In this document: positions 17,066-25,817 of the stretch, one piece after another
Numbering within the stretch: position 1 is the first letter of the stretch
Layout: each line of letters begins with the position of its first letter
Assembly (NCBI GenBank): GCA_044220955.1
Contig: JBGAQA010000009.1
Span: 39,578 to 83,907 of the forward strand
Length of the DNA: 44,330 bases
Direction: 5' to 3'
From: Sandaracinaceae bacterium
GTDB lineage: Bacteria; Myxococcota_A; Polyangia; Polyangiales; Sandaracinaceae
Position numbers and translations under genes: made by a program
Notes under the pieces: generated by a model
What the model was told of the DNA's origin: nothing
Database searches by the model: none
What the model saw: the letters and a program-made list of their open reading frames with translations, nothing else

Positions 17066-18973
17066 TCAGCGGCCGATCGTGACCTCCACCGCCTGCCCGC
17101 GGATCGCGACGCGATACGAGGGGCTACGGCCGGCGACGAAGCGCACCGTGAGCACGCAGTGGTCGCCCCGGTTCAGGATCGACGCGCGCTCGACGGACGG
17201 ATTCGCCGCCGCGATCGGCCCGGCGCGATCCAGGGAGAGCGCACCATCGATGGTGACCGTGAAGCCGCTCTCGTCGGCCTGACCGACGAGGGAAGTGATC
17301 GGCTGGCTCATGCGCAGCGTGGAGGTGCGGCCGTTCGCGACCTCATCGGCGCCGAAGGACGAGGACGGAGCGCTCGCGATCGGGGCGGGCGCGCTGCTCT
17401 CCACTTCCGCAGGCGCGGGCGCGGGCGCCGCGGACGGCGTGCTCGCCAGCGTGGGGAACGTGGGCGCGGGCAGGTGGCCGCCCACGGGCGCCGCCTCGAC
17501 GGGGGCGGCTGGCGGGATCTCGGTGGCCTCGACCGGGCTCGCCACGACGGGCGGCGGCATGAGCGTCGCCTCGGGCGCAGGAAGGGCCTCGGGCGGCGCC
17601 TCGCTCGCGCTCACGAGCTCGGGGACGTCCGGCGGCGCCGGCTCGGCGGCGGCGGGCCCCGAGAGGGCATAGGCGGTCAGCCCCACCGCGACGACCGCCA
17701 TCACGCCCGCGAGCGCGAGGCGGCCCTTGCCACGGAGCGGCGAGGCGGCCGACGCCGGAGCCTCCGACGGGCGCGCCTTGCGAAGTCCCGCGGCTGCGAC
17801 GGCCGGCGGTGGCGTGGTGGTGCGGCGCCGCGGCGTCCGTCCCACGAGCGCCGCCATCCGCTCGGGCGCCTTCTCGCGTACGTAGCTCGCCGCCGCCTTC
17901 GCTGCCTGCACCAGCCATGCGGCTGCCCGCCGGGCCCAGGGCCCCGCGGTGGCGATCGCGATCGTCCACGCGGCCCGCATCCCCGCGACGAGCTTCACGA
18001 GGTGGGGCGTGATGCGCGCCTGGAGCGAGACGCTCGGCGTCTCCTCGCTCGCGTCCTCGCGCTCGCTGCTCGTCACCCGCACGGCGCGCACGGGCTCGCG
18101 CTCGCGCATGCGATCGAGGTCGCGCGCGGCCCGCACGGGCTCCTCGTCGAGGGACTCCGGGGCCGGCGTCTCGGGCTCGACGTCGCCGGTCACCCACTCA
18201 CTGCCGGCCTCGGCCTTCGGCGCCGAGACGGGCGCGACAGCGACGATCTCGTCGTCCTCCGTGACCGTCGCGTCGGGCGCGCGGAGCTCGGGAGGCGCGC
18301 TCTTGGTCGTGGCGCGGGAGCCGGTCACGCGGTCCATCTTCTCGAGCGTGAGGACGAGGCGCGGCACGCCGTTCTCGATGAGGAGCTCGACGTGCGAGAG
18401 CGCGCGCCGGTCCGAGTCGTGGCCGATCTCGAGCGTCGCGCCCTTGCCGAGCGCGAGGAAGGGCAGCGGCTGGGCGATGGCGACCCGGTGCGCGTCCTCG
18501 CTCGTGACGAGCCCCTCGATCGGAGTGCCGACGCCGTCGAGATGGATCTGGGCGGTCTTGCCCCGCGAGGCGGCGCGCCGCGGCTCCGGAGAGGCCGTCG
18601 ACACCGGCGTGATCACCCGCGGCGGGCCTCCTTCGATCGTGCTGACCCAGCGGTCGACGACCGCCTGGACGCGCGGCTCGAGCGCGTCGAACTTCACTCC
18701 GAACTCGCCGGTGTGGGTCCCCGTGTCGCTGGCCCACACGACGCGCGCTTCCGTCTCGCACGTGCCGCCGTCGTCCGGCAGCTCGAACCGACAGCGGAGG
18801 CGCTGGCCGATGTCGGGCAGGATCGCCGAGCGCAGACCGATGCCCTCGGCGCCGAGGTTCACCGCGTCCGCGTCGTAGATCTCTCCACCGCCCTCCGCGT
18901 CGTGCGAGAGCTGCACGAGCAGATCCACGGGCATCCGCACCGCACCATCGAACCTTCGGTCTAGCGCTTCCAT
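17066..18973 (-). CDS. PilZ-domain membrane protein with Pro-rich linkers and C-terminal AMIN-like beta domain
   Basis: RR....VRMP / NLGAEG / ARVVW...GVKF PilZ fold; one TM (LALAGVMAVVAVGLTAYAL); SD GGAGG before ATG 18973. The AMIN-like call is tentative. Confidence 0.72.
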   Translation of the reverse strand: MEALDRRFDGAVRMPVDLLVQLSHDAEGGGEIYDADAVNLGAEGIGLRSAILPDIGQRLRCRFELPDDGGTCETEARVVWASDTGTHTGEFGVKFDALEPRVQAVVDRWVSTIEGGPPRVITPVSTASPEPRRAASRGKTAQIHLDGVGTPIEGLVTSEDAHRVAIAQPLPFLALGKGATLEIGHDSDRRALSHVELLIENGVPRLVLTLEKMDRVTGSRATTKSAPPELRAPDATVTEDDEIVAVAPVSAPKAEAGSEWVTGDVEPETPAPESLDEEPVRAARDLDRMREREPVRAVRVTSSEREDASEETPSVSLQARITPHLVKLVAGMRAAWTIAIATAGPWARRAAAWLVQAAKAAASYVREKAPERMAALVGRTPRRRTTTPPPAVAAAGLRKARPSEAPASAASPLRGKGRLALAGVMAVVAVGLTAYALSGPAAAEPAPPDVPELVSASEAPPEALPAPEATLMPPPVVASPVEATEIPPAAPVEAAPVGGHLPAPTFPTLASTPSAAPAPAPAEVESSAPAPIASAPSSSFGADEVANGRTSTLRMSQPITSLVGQADESGFTVTIDGALSLDRAGPIAAANPSVERASILNRGDHCVLTVRFVAGRSPSYRVAIRGQAVEVTIGR

Positions 18974-19088
18974 GACGATCGCCTCCGGACGTCCGGAGAG
19001 AGCGCCAAGCCGCGCGTGTCGTCCAGATTTCGACGACCGACTGTTCTTTTGACGCCTGCACGACCTCGTGCGCACGGTCGCCGCGGCG

Positions 19089-20006
19089 ATGGGTGTCAGG
19101 CTCGAAGTGCACGCCGTGGACGCGCCCGGCGAGACCGTCGCCTACGAGTTCGACCAGGAGCGCGTGGTGCTCGGGCGTGGCGTGGGCGCGGACGTGCGCC
19201 TGCCGCACCCCACCGTGAGCGTGCGGCACGTCTCGATCCGCCAGGACGGCGCGCGCTACGTGCTCGTCGATCACGGCTCTACGAACGGGACGCGTCTCAA
19301 CGATCAGCTCGTCGTGGCCGAGCGTCCCAAGATCCTGCGCGACGCAGACGTCGTCGCGATCGGGACCTACCGCGCTCGCTTCTCCGCCGGTGCCGTGGCC
19401 GAGCCGACCTCGCGCGAGCGGACCGCGTCACTGGCCAAGCGCCTCGCGCGGCTCGGTCTGGGCGGCGTCCGGGCCACGCCAGCGCGTCTGGTCGTGGTCA
19501 ACGGCGAGAAGAAGGGCGCGACGCTCGAGCTGCCCGAGCCGCCCGCGCGCCTGATCCTCGGCCGCGCGGAGACTGCCGACCTGTCGCTACCCGACGCGGA
19601 CGCTTCGCGCGAGCACTGCGAGGTGCTCGTCGAGCTGGACGGTCCGACCGTGCGCGACCTCGGCAGCAAGAACGGCTTGCTCGTCAACGACAAGGCGGTG
19701 TCGCAGAAGCGGCTGCGCGATCGCGACGAGCTCGTGATCGGCGCGACCCTGCTCTGCTACGAGGACCCGGCCGACGCCCTGCTGGCGGGGATCGAGACGC
19801 TCGCGGACGAGGCCCTGCCGCCCGCGCCTGCCCCGCCCGCGGCGCAACCGGTCGAGCCCGACACCGAGCCGGTCCGCGAGCCAGCGCCCCCGATCGCGCC
19901 GCCCCCGGCGCCTCCCACGCTCTCTCGCGTCGAGGTGCTCGTCGCCTGGCTCGCCGCCGCCGTCCTGCTCGCGAGCCTGGCGGGGCTCTACTGGCTGCTC
20001 CGGTAG
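19089..20006 (+). CDS. Tandem FHA-domain protein with C-terminal TM anchor
   Basis: Two FHA motif sets (GR...VSVRH...STNGT; GR...ASREH...SKNG), Pro-rich linker, terminal TM. Start ATG 19089 or GTG 19068. Confidence 0.88.
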   Translation: MGVRLEVHAVDAPGETVAYEFDQERVVLGRGVGADVRLPHPTVSVRHVSIRQDGARYVLVDHGSTNGTRLNDQLVVAERPKILRDADVVAIGTYRARFSAGAVAEPTSRERTASLAKRLARLGLGGVRATPARLVVVNGEKKGATLELPEPPARLILGRAETADLSLPDADASREHCEVLVELDGPTVRDLGSKNGLLVNDKAVSQKRLRDRDELVIGATLLCYEDPADALLAGIETLADEALPPAPAPPAAQPVEPDTEPVREPAPPIAPPPAPPTLSRVEVLVAWLAAAVLLASLAGLYWLLR

Positions 20007-20177
20007 TGGGAAGGAATCGCCCCGTCCCGACGTAGCGCGATCGATCCGGTTTCGAATCCGGAAAGCCTCTCGAACGTCTCTGTCTCGCGCCCTTCCCTTG
20101 CCTCCGTCCGGGGCGCGTGTTTCGATGCGGCCGCCTCGCCCGGAAGACGACGGTCCGGGACGGCCAGGGGAGCCCCA

Positions 20178-21932
20178 ATGCGGAAGATCGGCTTACTTTC
20201 CCTTCTCGGTCTGGCCCTCGCGCTCGCGGCGATCGCGGGCGGGTGCCGGGGACGGCGCCACGTCCGCGGGGCGGCCGTCACAGGCGACGGCGACACCAGC
20301 GGCATGGAGGTCAGCGGCGGCGTCACCGCCCACGGCACGCCGCGCGAGCAGCTCGATCAGTACGACCAGGTCCTGCGCGGGGCGAGCTTCGAGCCCGTCG
20401 GCCCCGTCACCCACGGCACGCTCGACGCCTACGGCATGACGGCCATCCCGGTCGATATCCGCCGCGGCTATTGCTACACGTTCACGGCGTTCGGCCAGCC
20501 GGGCACCGATCTCAACCTGGTCATGCTCGATCCGCGCGGCGTCGACGTCGCGCACAACGTCGCGACCGACGAGCACCCGTGGGTGAGCTTCTGCGCGGCG
20601 CGGGCCGGCCGCTTCACGGCGCGCCTGCAGATGGCGCGCGGCAACGGTGAGTTCTACTTCGCGCCCTACCAGTCGCGCGGGCGACGTCCCGCGGACCTCA
20701 CGTCCTTCTTCGGCGGCGGCGCGACCGCGCCGGCGGGGCCGGCCGTGGCCTCGATCGATCCGGACACCTCCTCGCGCCTGCAGCAGCTCGACCAGACGCT
20801 CGGGGCGGAGCGCTACCAGCGCGTCGGCGATGCGCAGGGCCTGCAGCTCCACGAGCGTGACGAGCGCCTGTTCCAGCTCTCGCTCGAGCAGGGCGCCTGC
20901 TACGCGTTCGCGACCCTCGGCGGCCCGGGCACGACCGACACCGACGTCTACCTCGTCGACGGCTCGGGACACTGGCTACAGGCCGACTCGACGGCCAACC
21001 GCGACGGCCTGGTGCGGTTCTGCGCCCCGTCGACCGACCAGTTCACGCTCCAGGTGCGCCTGCTCCACGGAGAGGGCCCCGTGTTCACCGCGGCCTATCT
21101 CCAGCAGGCGGCGACGGCGTCCGCGGCGCCGCCGCCCACCGCGCCCTTGATCGCCGACACGTCGACCGCCGGCGCCGGTCTCGACGAGAACTTCGCGCTC
21201 CTCGACGCGGACATGAGGGCGCGCGGCTACGAGTCGCTCGCCGCCTCGCAACACGCGCACCTCGACGAGGGCGGCACGCAGGAGTACGCGGTCGATCTCG
21301 AAGGCAACAAGTGTTACGCGATCCTCGCGGTCGGTGACTCGGGCGTGCGGAACCTCGATCTGACGCTGCTCGACAGTGCAGGCCACGAGGTCGACCGCGA
21401 CGACGCCGGAGACTCCCGCCCGACGGTCCGCGTCTGCCCGAGCGCGGACGGCCACTATCGCATGCGCGTGCGCATGATGAGCGGCGCGGGTGACTACGTG
21501 TACGCGCCCTACCGCTGGCCGCGCGGCACGCACGGCCCGTTCGGCCTCGCGGGCCTGATCTACGTCCGTCTCTCGGAGGTCACCGCGCTGCTCAGCGTCG
21601 AGGGCTTCGCGCCCGACGCGAACTACTCCATGGAACGCGGGACGCTCCGCAGCGAGGGCGCGAGCGACACGCAGCAGCTCCAGCTCTCGGCGGGCAGCTG
21701 CTACTCGATCACCGTCGTCGGCGGCGACGGCGTGCACGACCTCGACCTCACCCTCACCCAGGGCGGGACGCAGGTCGCCACCGATCTCGGCGTGCGCAAC
21801 GCCTTCCCGAGCGTGCGCCAGTGCGTCAGCACGAGCGGCAGCTACACGCTCTCGGTCAGCGCCGCGTCGGGCTCCGGGCCCTATCTGATGCAGGTCTTCA
21901 GCCGCGCGGGCGGCGACGACGACGGCAGCTGA
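20178..21932 (+). CDS. Lipoprotein of four helix + PPC-like beta-sandwich repeats
   Basis: Lipobox AGG|C; four units with CY...G..D(L/T)(D/N)L.L.D..G...C...G.(F/Y).(L/M). Confidence 0.78.
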   Translation: MRKIGLLSLLGLALALAAIAGGCRGRRHVRGAAVTGDGDTSGMEVSGGVTAHGTPREQLDQYDQVLRGASFEPVGPVTHGTLDAYGMTAIPVDIRRGYCYTFTAFGQPGTDLNLVMLDPRGVDVAHNVATDEHPWVSFCAARAGRFTARLQMARGNGEFYFAPYQSRGRRPADLTSFFGGGATAPAGPAVASIDPDTSSRLQQLDQTLGAERYQRVGDAQGLQLHERDERLFQLSLEQGACYAFATLGGPGTTDTDVYLVDGSGHWLQADSTANRDGLVRFCAPSTDQFTLQVRLLHGEGPVFTAAYLQQAATASAAPPPTAPLIADTSTAGAGLDENFALLDADMRARGYESLAASQHAHLDEGGTQEYAVDLEGNKCYAILAVGDSGVRNLDLTLLDSAGHEVDRDDAGDSRPTVRVCPSADGHYRMRVRMMSGAGDYVYAPYRWPRGTHGPFGLAGLIYVRLSEVTALLSVEGFAPDANYSMERGTLRSEGASDTQQLQLSAGSCYSITVVGGDGVHDLDLTLTQGGTQVATDLGVRNAFPSVRQCVSTSGSYTLSVSAASGSGPYLMQVFSRAGGDDDGS

Positions 21933-21940
21933 GACGACGA

Positions 21941-21968
21941 CGGCAGGCCGAGTGAGATCGGCCTGCCG
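21941..21968. terminator. 11-bp hairpin between convergent genes (probable bidirectional terminator)
   Basis: CGGCAGGCCGA-GTGAGA-TCGGCCTGCCG, perfect stem, 8 nt after the stop at 21932. Confidence 0.65.
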
Positions 21969-22047
21969 ACGCAAGAGGGCGCGGGCGCGAGGGTGAGACG
22001 TAGCCGGTTCTGCCGGTGCGTCGAGGCCCGCTCGGAGCCCCTGGAGA

Positions 22048-22635
22048 TCAGAGCAGCCCGGAGATGTGCGACGTGCGTCCGCCGAAGTCGACGCGGTCGT
22101 TGGAGCTGAGCGTGCTGTCGCGGTCCGTACCGAGCGCTTCGCCGGGGCGCCGCGGGTCGGGCTTGGGCGACTTGATCATGCCGCTCGTGTCGTGCGGCCG
22201 CGCCACGAGCACCGGGAACCGGCCCTCGCTGAGCAGCGCGTCGGCGACCGACCCGAGCAGGAGCTTCGTCGCGCGCGAGCGCGCGCGCGTGCCGACGACG
22301 ATGAGGCCCGCGTCGACGTCGAAGGCCACCTGGTTCAGCGAGTCGACCGGCTTGCCGATCCGCACGTGGTAGACGATGGGCAGCTCGGTGCGCGGCGCCG
22401 AGACGCTCTTGGCCGTCTCCCGCACGAAGTCCGCGAGCTTCGTCTCGGTCTCGACGAGGCGGTCGGAGGCCTTGGCGAGCTGCTTGGCACCGTCGCCCTT
22501 GGGGTCGATCGCGGCGGTGGCGTGCAGCTCCGTGCCCGGGATGCGCGCCGCGAGCGCGAGCGCGTCGATGACGGCTTGCCGGCAGGCGTCCGTGAAGCCG
22601 ACGCCGACGACGATCTTGTAGCTGGGCTCAGTCAT
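22048..22635 (-). CDS. Universal stress protein (Usp domain)
   Basis: YKIVVGVGFT, LIVVGTR, LLLGSVAD, PVLVAR. Confidence 0.88.
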   Translation of the reverse strand: MTEPSYKIVVGVGFTDACRQAVIDALALAARIPGTELHATAAIDPKGDGAKQLAKASDRLVETETKLADFVRETAKSVSAPRTELPIVYHVRIGKPVDSLNQVAFDVDAGLIVVGTRARSRATKLLLGSVADALLSEGRFPVLVARPHDTSGMIKSPKPDPRRPGEALGTDRDSTLSSNDRVDFGGRTSHISGLL

Positions 22636-22674
22636 GGTCCTCTCCTCTTCTTCTCGTTCTTGCGGGCGTGGGTC

Positions 22675-23085
22675 TCACTTCGCGAGCCTGCCGTGCAGCA
22701 GCTCGGCGAGCGCCCGACAGGCATCGACGGTCGTGAACACCCCCACGACCTTCGCGTTCTGGATGACGACCGCCGAGCCGTACTTGTGCTCGGCCATCGC
22801 CATCGCGACCTCGTCGAGCGGCGCGTCGGGGTGGACCGAGTACACGCTCGTGCTCATCGCGTCTTCCACGGTCGTCGAGGTCTGCTCGACACCCTTCATC
22901 GCGCCGATGAGCGCCACGTCCCGCTCCGTGATCATGCCGACGAGCTGACCGCCGGAGAGCACGGGCAGGTGCCGGATCTTGTGGTCGTGCATCATCCGGT
23001 GCGCGACCGAGAGCGGCTGATCGGGCCCCACCGAGTGCGGCGTCGTCGTCATGAACTTCTGGATGGTCGGGATGGCTTTCGTCAT
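22675..23085 (-). CDS. CBS-pair (Bateman domain) protein
   Basis: MTTTPHSV, IRHLPV, LVGMITERD, VVGVFTTVD; start MTKAIP at 23085. Confidence 0.9.
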   Translation of the reverse strand: MTKAIPTIQKFMTTTPHSVGPDQPLSVAHRMMHDHKIRHLPVLSGGQLVGMITERDVALIGAMKGVEQTSTTVEDAMSTSVYSVHPDAPLDEVAMAMAEHKYGSAVVIQNAKVVGVFTTVDACRALAELLHGRLAK

Positions 23086-23097
23086 GCGCGAGCCGTC

Positions 23098-23112
23098 GCA
23101 CGCCCCGTGCCG
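23098..23112 (-). promoter_or_regulatory. Putative sigma54 promoter for CBS-Usp genes
   Basis: Minus strand CGGCACGGGGCGTGC with GG-N10-GC spacing; predicted +1 near 23086, next to the ATG. Confidence 0.45.
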
Positions 23113-23182
23113 TGCAGGGCGACGCGGCTTCGCGCCGCGCACCGGCAAGAGTTGCGCGCGGGACGCGCGCTTTGCGTTCTGC

Positions 23183-23659
23183 TCAGCGGGGACGGGCGCC
23201 GAGCGCGGTCAGCTGGGCCACGATCTCGTCGCGCCATGCAGTGTCTGCGTCGTCGACGAGCGTCATCCGCGTCGTCGTCGGTGGCTCGAGCTGGATGCGA
23301 AGCCGCACCTCCTCGGCGAAGTCGTGCTTGGTGTCGATGCGCACCGCGCCCGTGAAGGGCTCGAGCTTGGCCATCACGAGGCCACGCCGATCCTCGGGGA
23401 CCAGCGTGGCCGCCACGGCGTGCAGGACGTCGTGCACGTGGTGGACGACCTCGCCGTAGGGCAGCGCGGCGTCGGCCGCGGAGCGACGGCCGTAGAGGTC
23501 CACGACCCAGCCACGCCTCGTGATGTCGCCGTCCTTGGCGACCTGGTTCGGACCGAGCTCGAACGCCACCTGGTGGCGCGCGACGAGCCCGCGCAGGTCC
23601 GCGGCGGCGACGCCGTGCGTGGTGGGATCGACCGGGAAGATCGAGTGGCGCTCGGTCAT
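23183..23659 (-). CDS. Hypothetical protein coupled to ppk2
   Basis: ATG overlaps the ppk2 stop (TGATG); 158 aa of globular composition; C-terminal part of track ORF 23183..24559. Confidence 0.7.
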   Translation of the reverse strand: MTERHSIFPVDPTTHGVAAADLRGLVARHQVAFELGPNQVAKDGDITRRGWVVDLYGRRSAADAALPYGEVVHHVHDVLHAVAATLVPEDRRGLVMAKLEPFTGAVRIDTKHDFAEEVRLRIQLEPPTTTRMTLVDDADTAWRDEIVAQLTALGARPR

Positions 23660-25179
23660 CACTTCCCTCTCTTCCCCGCTCGCTTTCCCGCTCGCTCGAG
23701 CGCGGCAGCGAGCCGGTCCGTGAGCGTCCGGAGCACGAGCAGGCGAGCGCTGTACTTGTCGTTGGCCGGGACGAGCGTCCAGGGCGCGATCTCCGTACCC
23801 GTGTGATCGAACATGTCGCACGCCGCGACCTCGTAGGCGGGCCACTTCTTGCGGTTCCGCCAGTCCTCGGCGGTGATCTTGAAGCGCTTGAAGCCCGTCG
23901 CCTGACGCTGCTCGAAGCGGCGCAGCTGCTCCTTGGCGTCGCAGTGCAGCCAGAACTTCACCACGCAGAGCCCGCGATCGGCGAGGCGCTCCTCGAAGTC
24001 GTTGATCTCGGCGTACGCGCGCTGCCAGTCGGTGTCGGCGCAGTACTTCTCCACCCGCTCGACGAGCACGCGCCCGTACCAGCTGCGGTCGAAGATCGCG
24101 ACCTCGCCGAGCGGCGGGACGTTGCGCCAGAAGCGCCAGAGATAGGGCTGCGCGCGCTCCTCCGAGCTGGGCGCCGCGACCGGGTGCACACGGTAGTGCC
24201 GCGCGTCGAGCGCCTGCGTGACGCGGCGGATGGCGCCGCCCTTGCCCGCCGCGTCCACGCCCTCGAACACCACCACGAGCCCGGTCTTGCGGAACTTCGG
24301 GTGGCGCGTCAGCAGCGCGAGCTTGCCTTGGAGCGCCTCGAGCTCCTCGTCGTACTTGGCCTTCGACGTTCGCTTCCGCAGATCGAGCGAGGTCAGCAGG
24401 TTGGGGGGCGACTGATCGCCGAGCTCGACCAGCGCGGCTCTCGGCGCGGCCTTCGCGTCGGCCTTCGGCGCGTCGAGGCGCGCGCGCAGGGTGTCGAGCA
24501 CGAGCTGACCGGCGGTGAGAGAACGATACCGCGCGTCGAGCCCCTCGATCACGTGCCACGGGGACTCACCGGTCGAGGTGAGCCGCAGCGAGTGCTCGGA
24601 GACCTCGCGGAAGTCGTCGTAGAGGTCGAAGTGCTTCCAGTCGGTCTCCGTCACACGCCAGCGCGTGCGCTCGTCCTTCGAGAGCGTCCGCAGCCGCTTC
24701 TTCTGCTGCGCCTTGCTCAGGTGGAACCAGAGCTTGAGCAGCGCGACGCCTTCGTCGTGCAGCATCTTCTCGAAGCGCACGATCTCCTCGAGCGACTTGT
24801 CCAGCTCGGCGCGGCGCGTCTGCCCGTAGGTACGGGCGATGATGGGCTGCGTGTACCAGGATCCGAAGAAGATCCCGATCTTCCCCTTCGGGGGCAGCGC
24901 CCGCCAGAACCGCCATGGCGCGGGGCGTGCCGCCTCCTCGTCGGTGGGCGCGCCGAGCGCGTGCGTCTGGATGTGACGAGGGTCCATCCACTCGTTCAGG
25001 AGGTTGACCGTCTCGCCCTTGCCAGCGCCGTCGACGCCGCCGATCAGGATCAGCGCCGCGAAGTCCTTCTTCTCGAGGAGCTCGGCCTGCGCCTCGAGCA
25101 GCCCCTCGCGCAGCTTCGGCGCTGCACGGCGAAAGCGCTCGCGAGAGATGGTGTGACCGAGCTCGGCCGATTCGAACAT
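23659..25179 (-). CDS. ppk2: Polyphosphate:AMP phosphotransferase (two-domain PPK2, class II)
   Basis: Two PPK2 domains: GVDGAGKG...FFGSWY and EGVDAAGKGG...FDRSWYGRVLVERV; MFESAE N-terminus; SD GGAGG. Confidence 0.92.
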   Translation of the reverse strand: MFESAELGHTISRERFRRAAPKLREGLLEAQAELLEKKDFAALILIGGVDGAGKGETVNLLNEWMDPRHIQTHALGAPTDEEAARPAPWRFWRALPPKGKIGIFFGSWYTQPIIARTYGQTRRAELDKSLEEIVRFEKMLHDEGVALLKLWFHLSKAQQKKRLRTLSKDERTRWRVTETDWKHFDLYDDFREVSEHSLRLTSTGESPWHVIEGLDARYRSLTAGQLVLDTLRARLDAPKADAKAAPRAALVELGDQSPPNLLTSLDLRKRTSKAKYDEELEALQGKLALLTRHPKFRKTGLVVVFEGVDAAGKGGAIRRVTQALDARHYRVHPVAAPSSEERAQPYLWRFWRNVPPLGEVAIFDRSWYGRVLVERVEKYCADTDWQRAYAEINDFEERLADRGLCVVKFWLHCDAKEQLRRFEQRQATGFKRFKITAEDWRNRKKWPAYEVAACDMFDHTGTEIAPWTLVPANDKYSARLLVLRTLTDRLAAALERAGKRAGKRGK

Positions 25180-25250
25180 GGGACCCTCCGCGGGCGGACC
25201 TACGCCCCGCGCGGGCAGATCCCAGGGGATCGCTCACCCTTACCCGTTCG

Positions 25251-25739
25251 CTACTCGACGATGCCGCGGCGGAGGCGGTCGTCGGCGTGTCGGGCGAGCG
25301 ACGCCATGCGCGCACGCACCTCGTCCGGCACGCTCTCTCCGAGGACGATGCGGTACGCGCCGTCCTCGCCGCGGTGCATCACGATCTCCACGCCCGCCCG
25401 GGGCGAGACGGTCGCGCGATCCCCGGCGAGCTCGACGCGCATGTCGTCCCGGCCCGCGGCGAGGGCACCGAACACGAAGCCGGCGACCCCCTCGGACGCT
25501 GGGCTCGTGCCCAGATCTTCGAAGCAAGAGCGGAACGTCGCGCGGCTCCGGATCTCGAAGCGATCGTGCGCAGCCATCCGCTCGCGGATCTGCTCCTGGG
25601 TCGCGTCGGCGAGGCCGTAGGCCGAGAGCAGGGTGCGCACCGTGTGCTCGGGCGTCGAGAAGCGCGCGTCCACGGTGCGCGTGGCGCCCTCGCAGCCGAG
25701 GACGAGCACGAGCGCGAAGAGGACGATCGGCAGGCGCAT
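25251..25739 (-). CDS. Hypothetical lipoprotein
   Basis: MRLPIVLFALVLVLG|C lipobox; STPE..V motif; small alpha/beta body. Confidence 0.7.
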   Translation of the reverse strand: MRLPIVLFALVLVLGCEGATRTVDARFSTPEHTVRTLLSAYGLADATQEQIRERMAAHDRFEIRSRATFRSCFEDLGTSPASEGVAGFVFGALAAGRDDMRVELAGDRATVSPRAGVEIVMHRGEDGAYRIVLGESVPDEVRARMASLARHADDRLRRGIVE

Positions 25740-25817
25740 GTTCTGCCGGTACCCGAGACCGGAACCCCTGTCCAGTTTCGAGCCCACCCCGCAGGGCCGC
25801 TCACGCCCCGTGAAAGC

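Noticed and set aside
20040..20070. tRNA T-arm-like GGTTTCGAATCC
   Set aside because: No closing G-C pair at the loop and no acceptor, D or anticodon arms; better read as a DNA dyad.
21915..21946. 14-bp direct repeat GACGACGACGGCAG around a stop codon as a target-site duplication
   Set aside because: Low-complexity GAC run with only 4 bp between copies and no mobile element.
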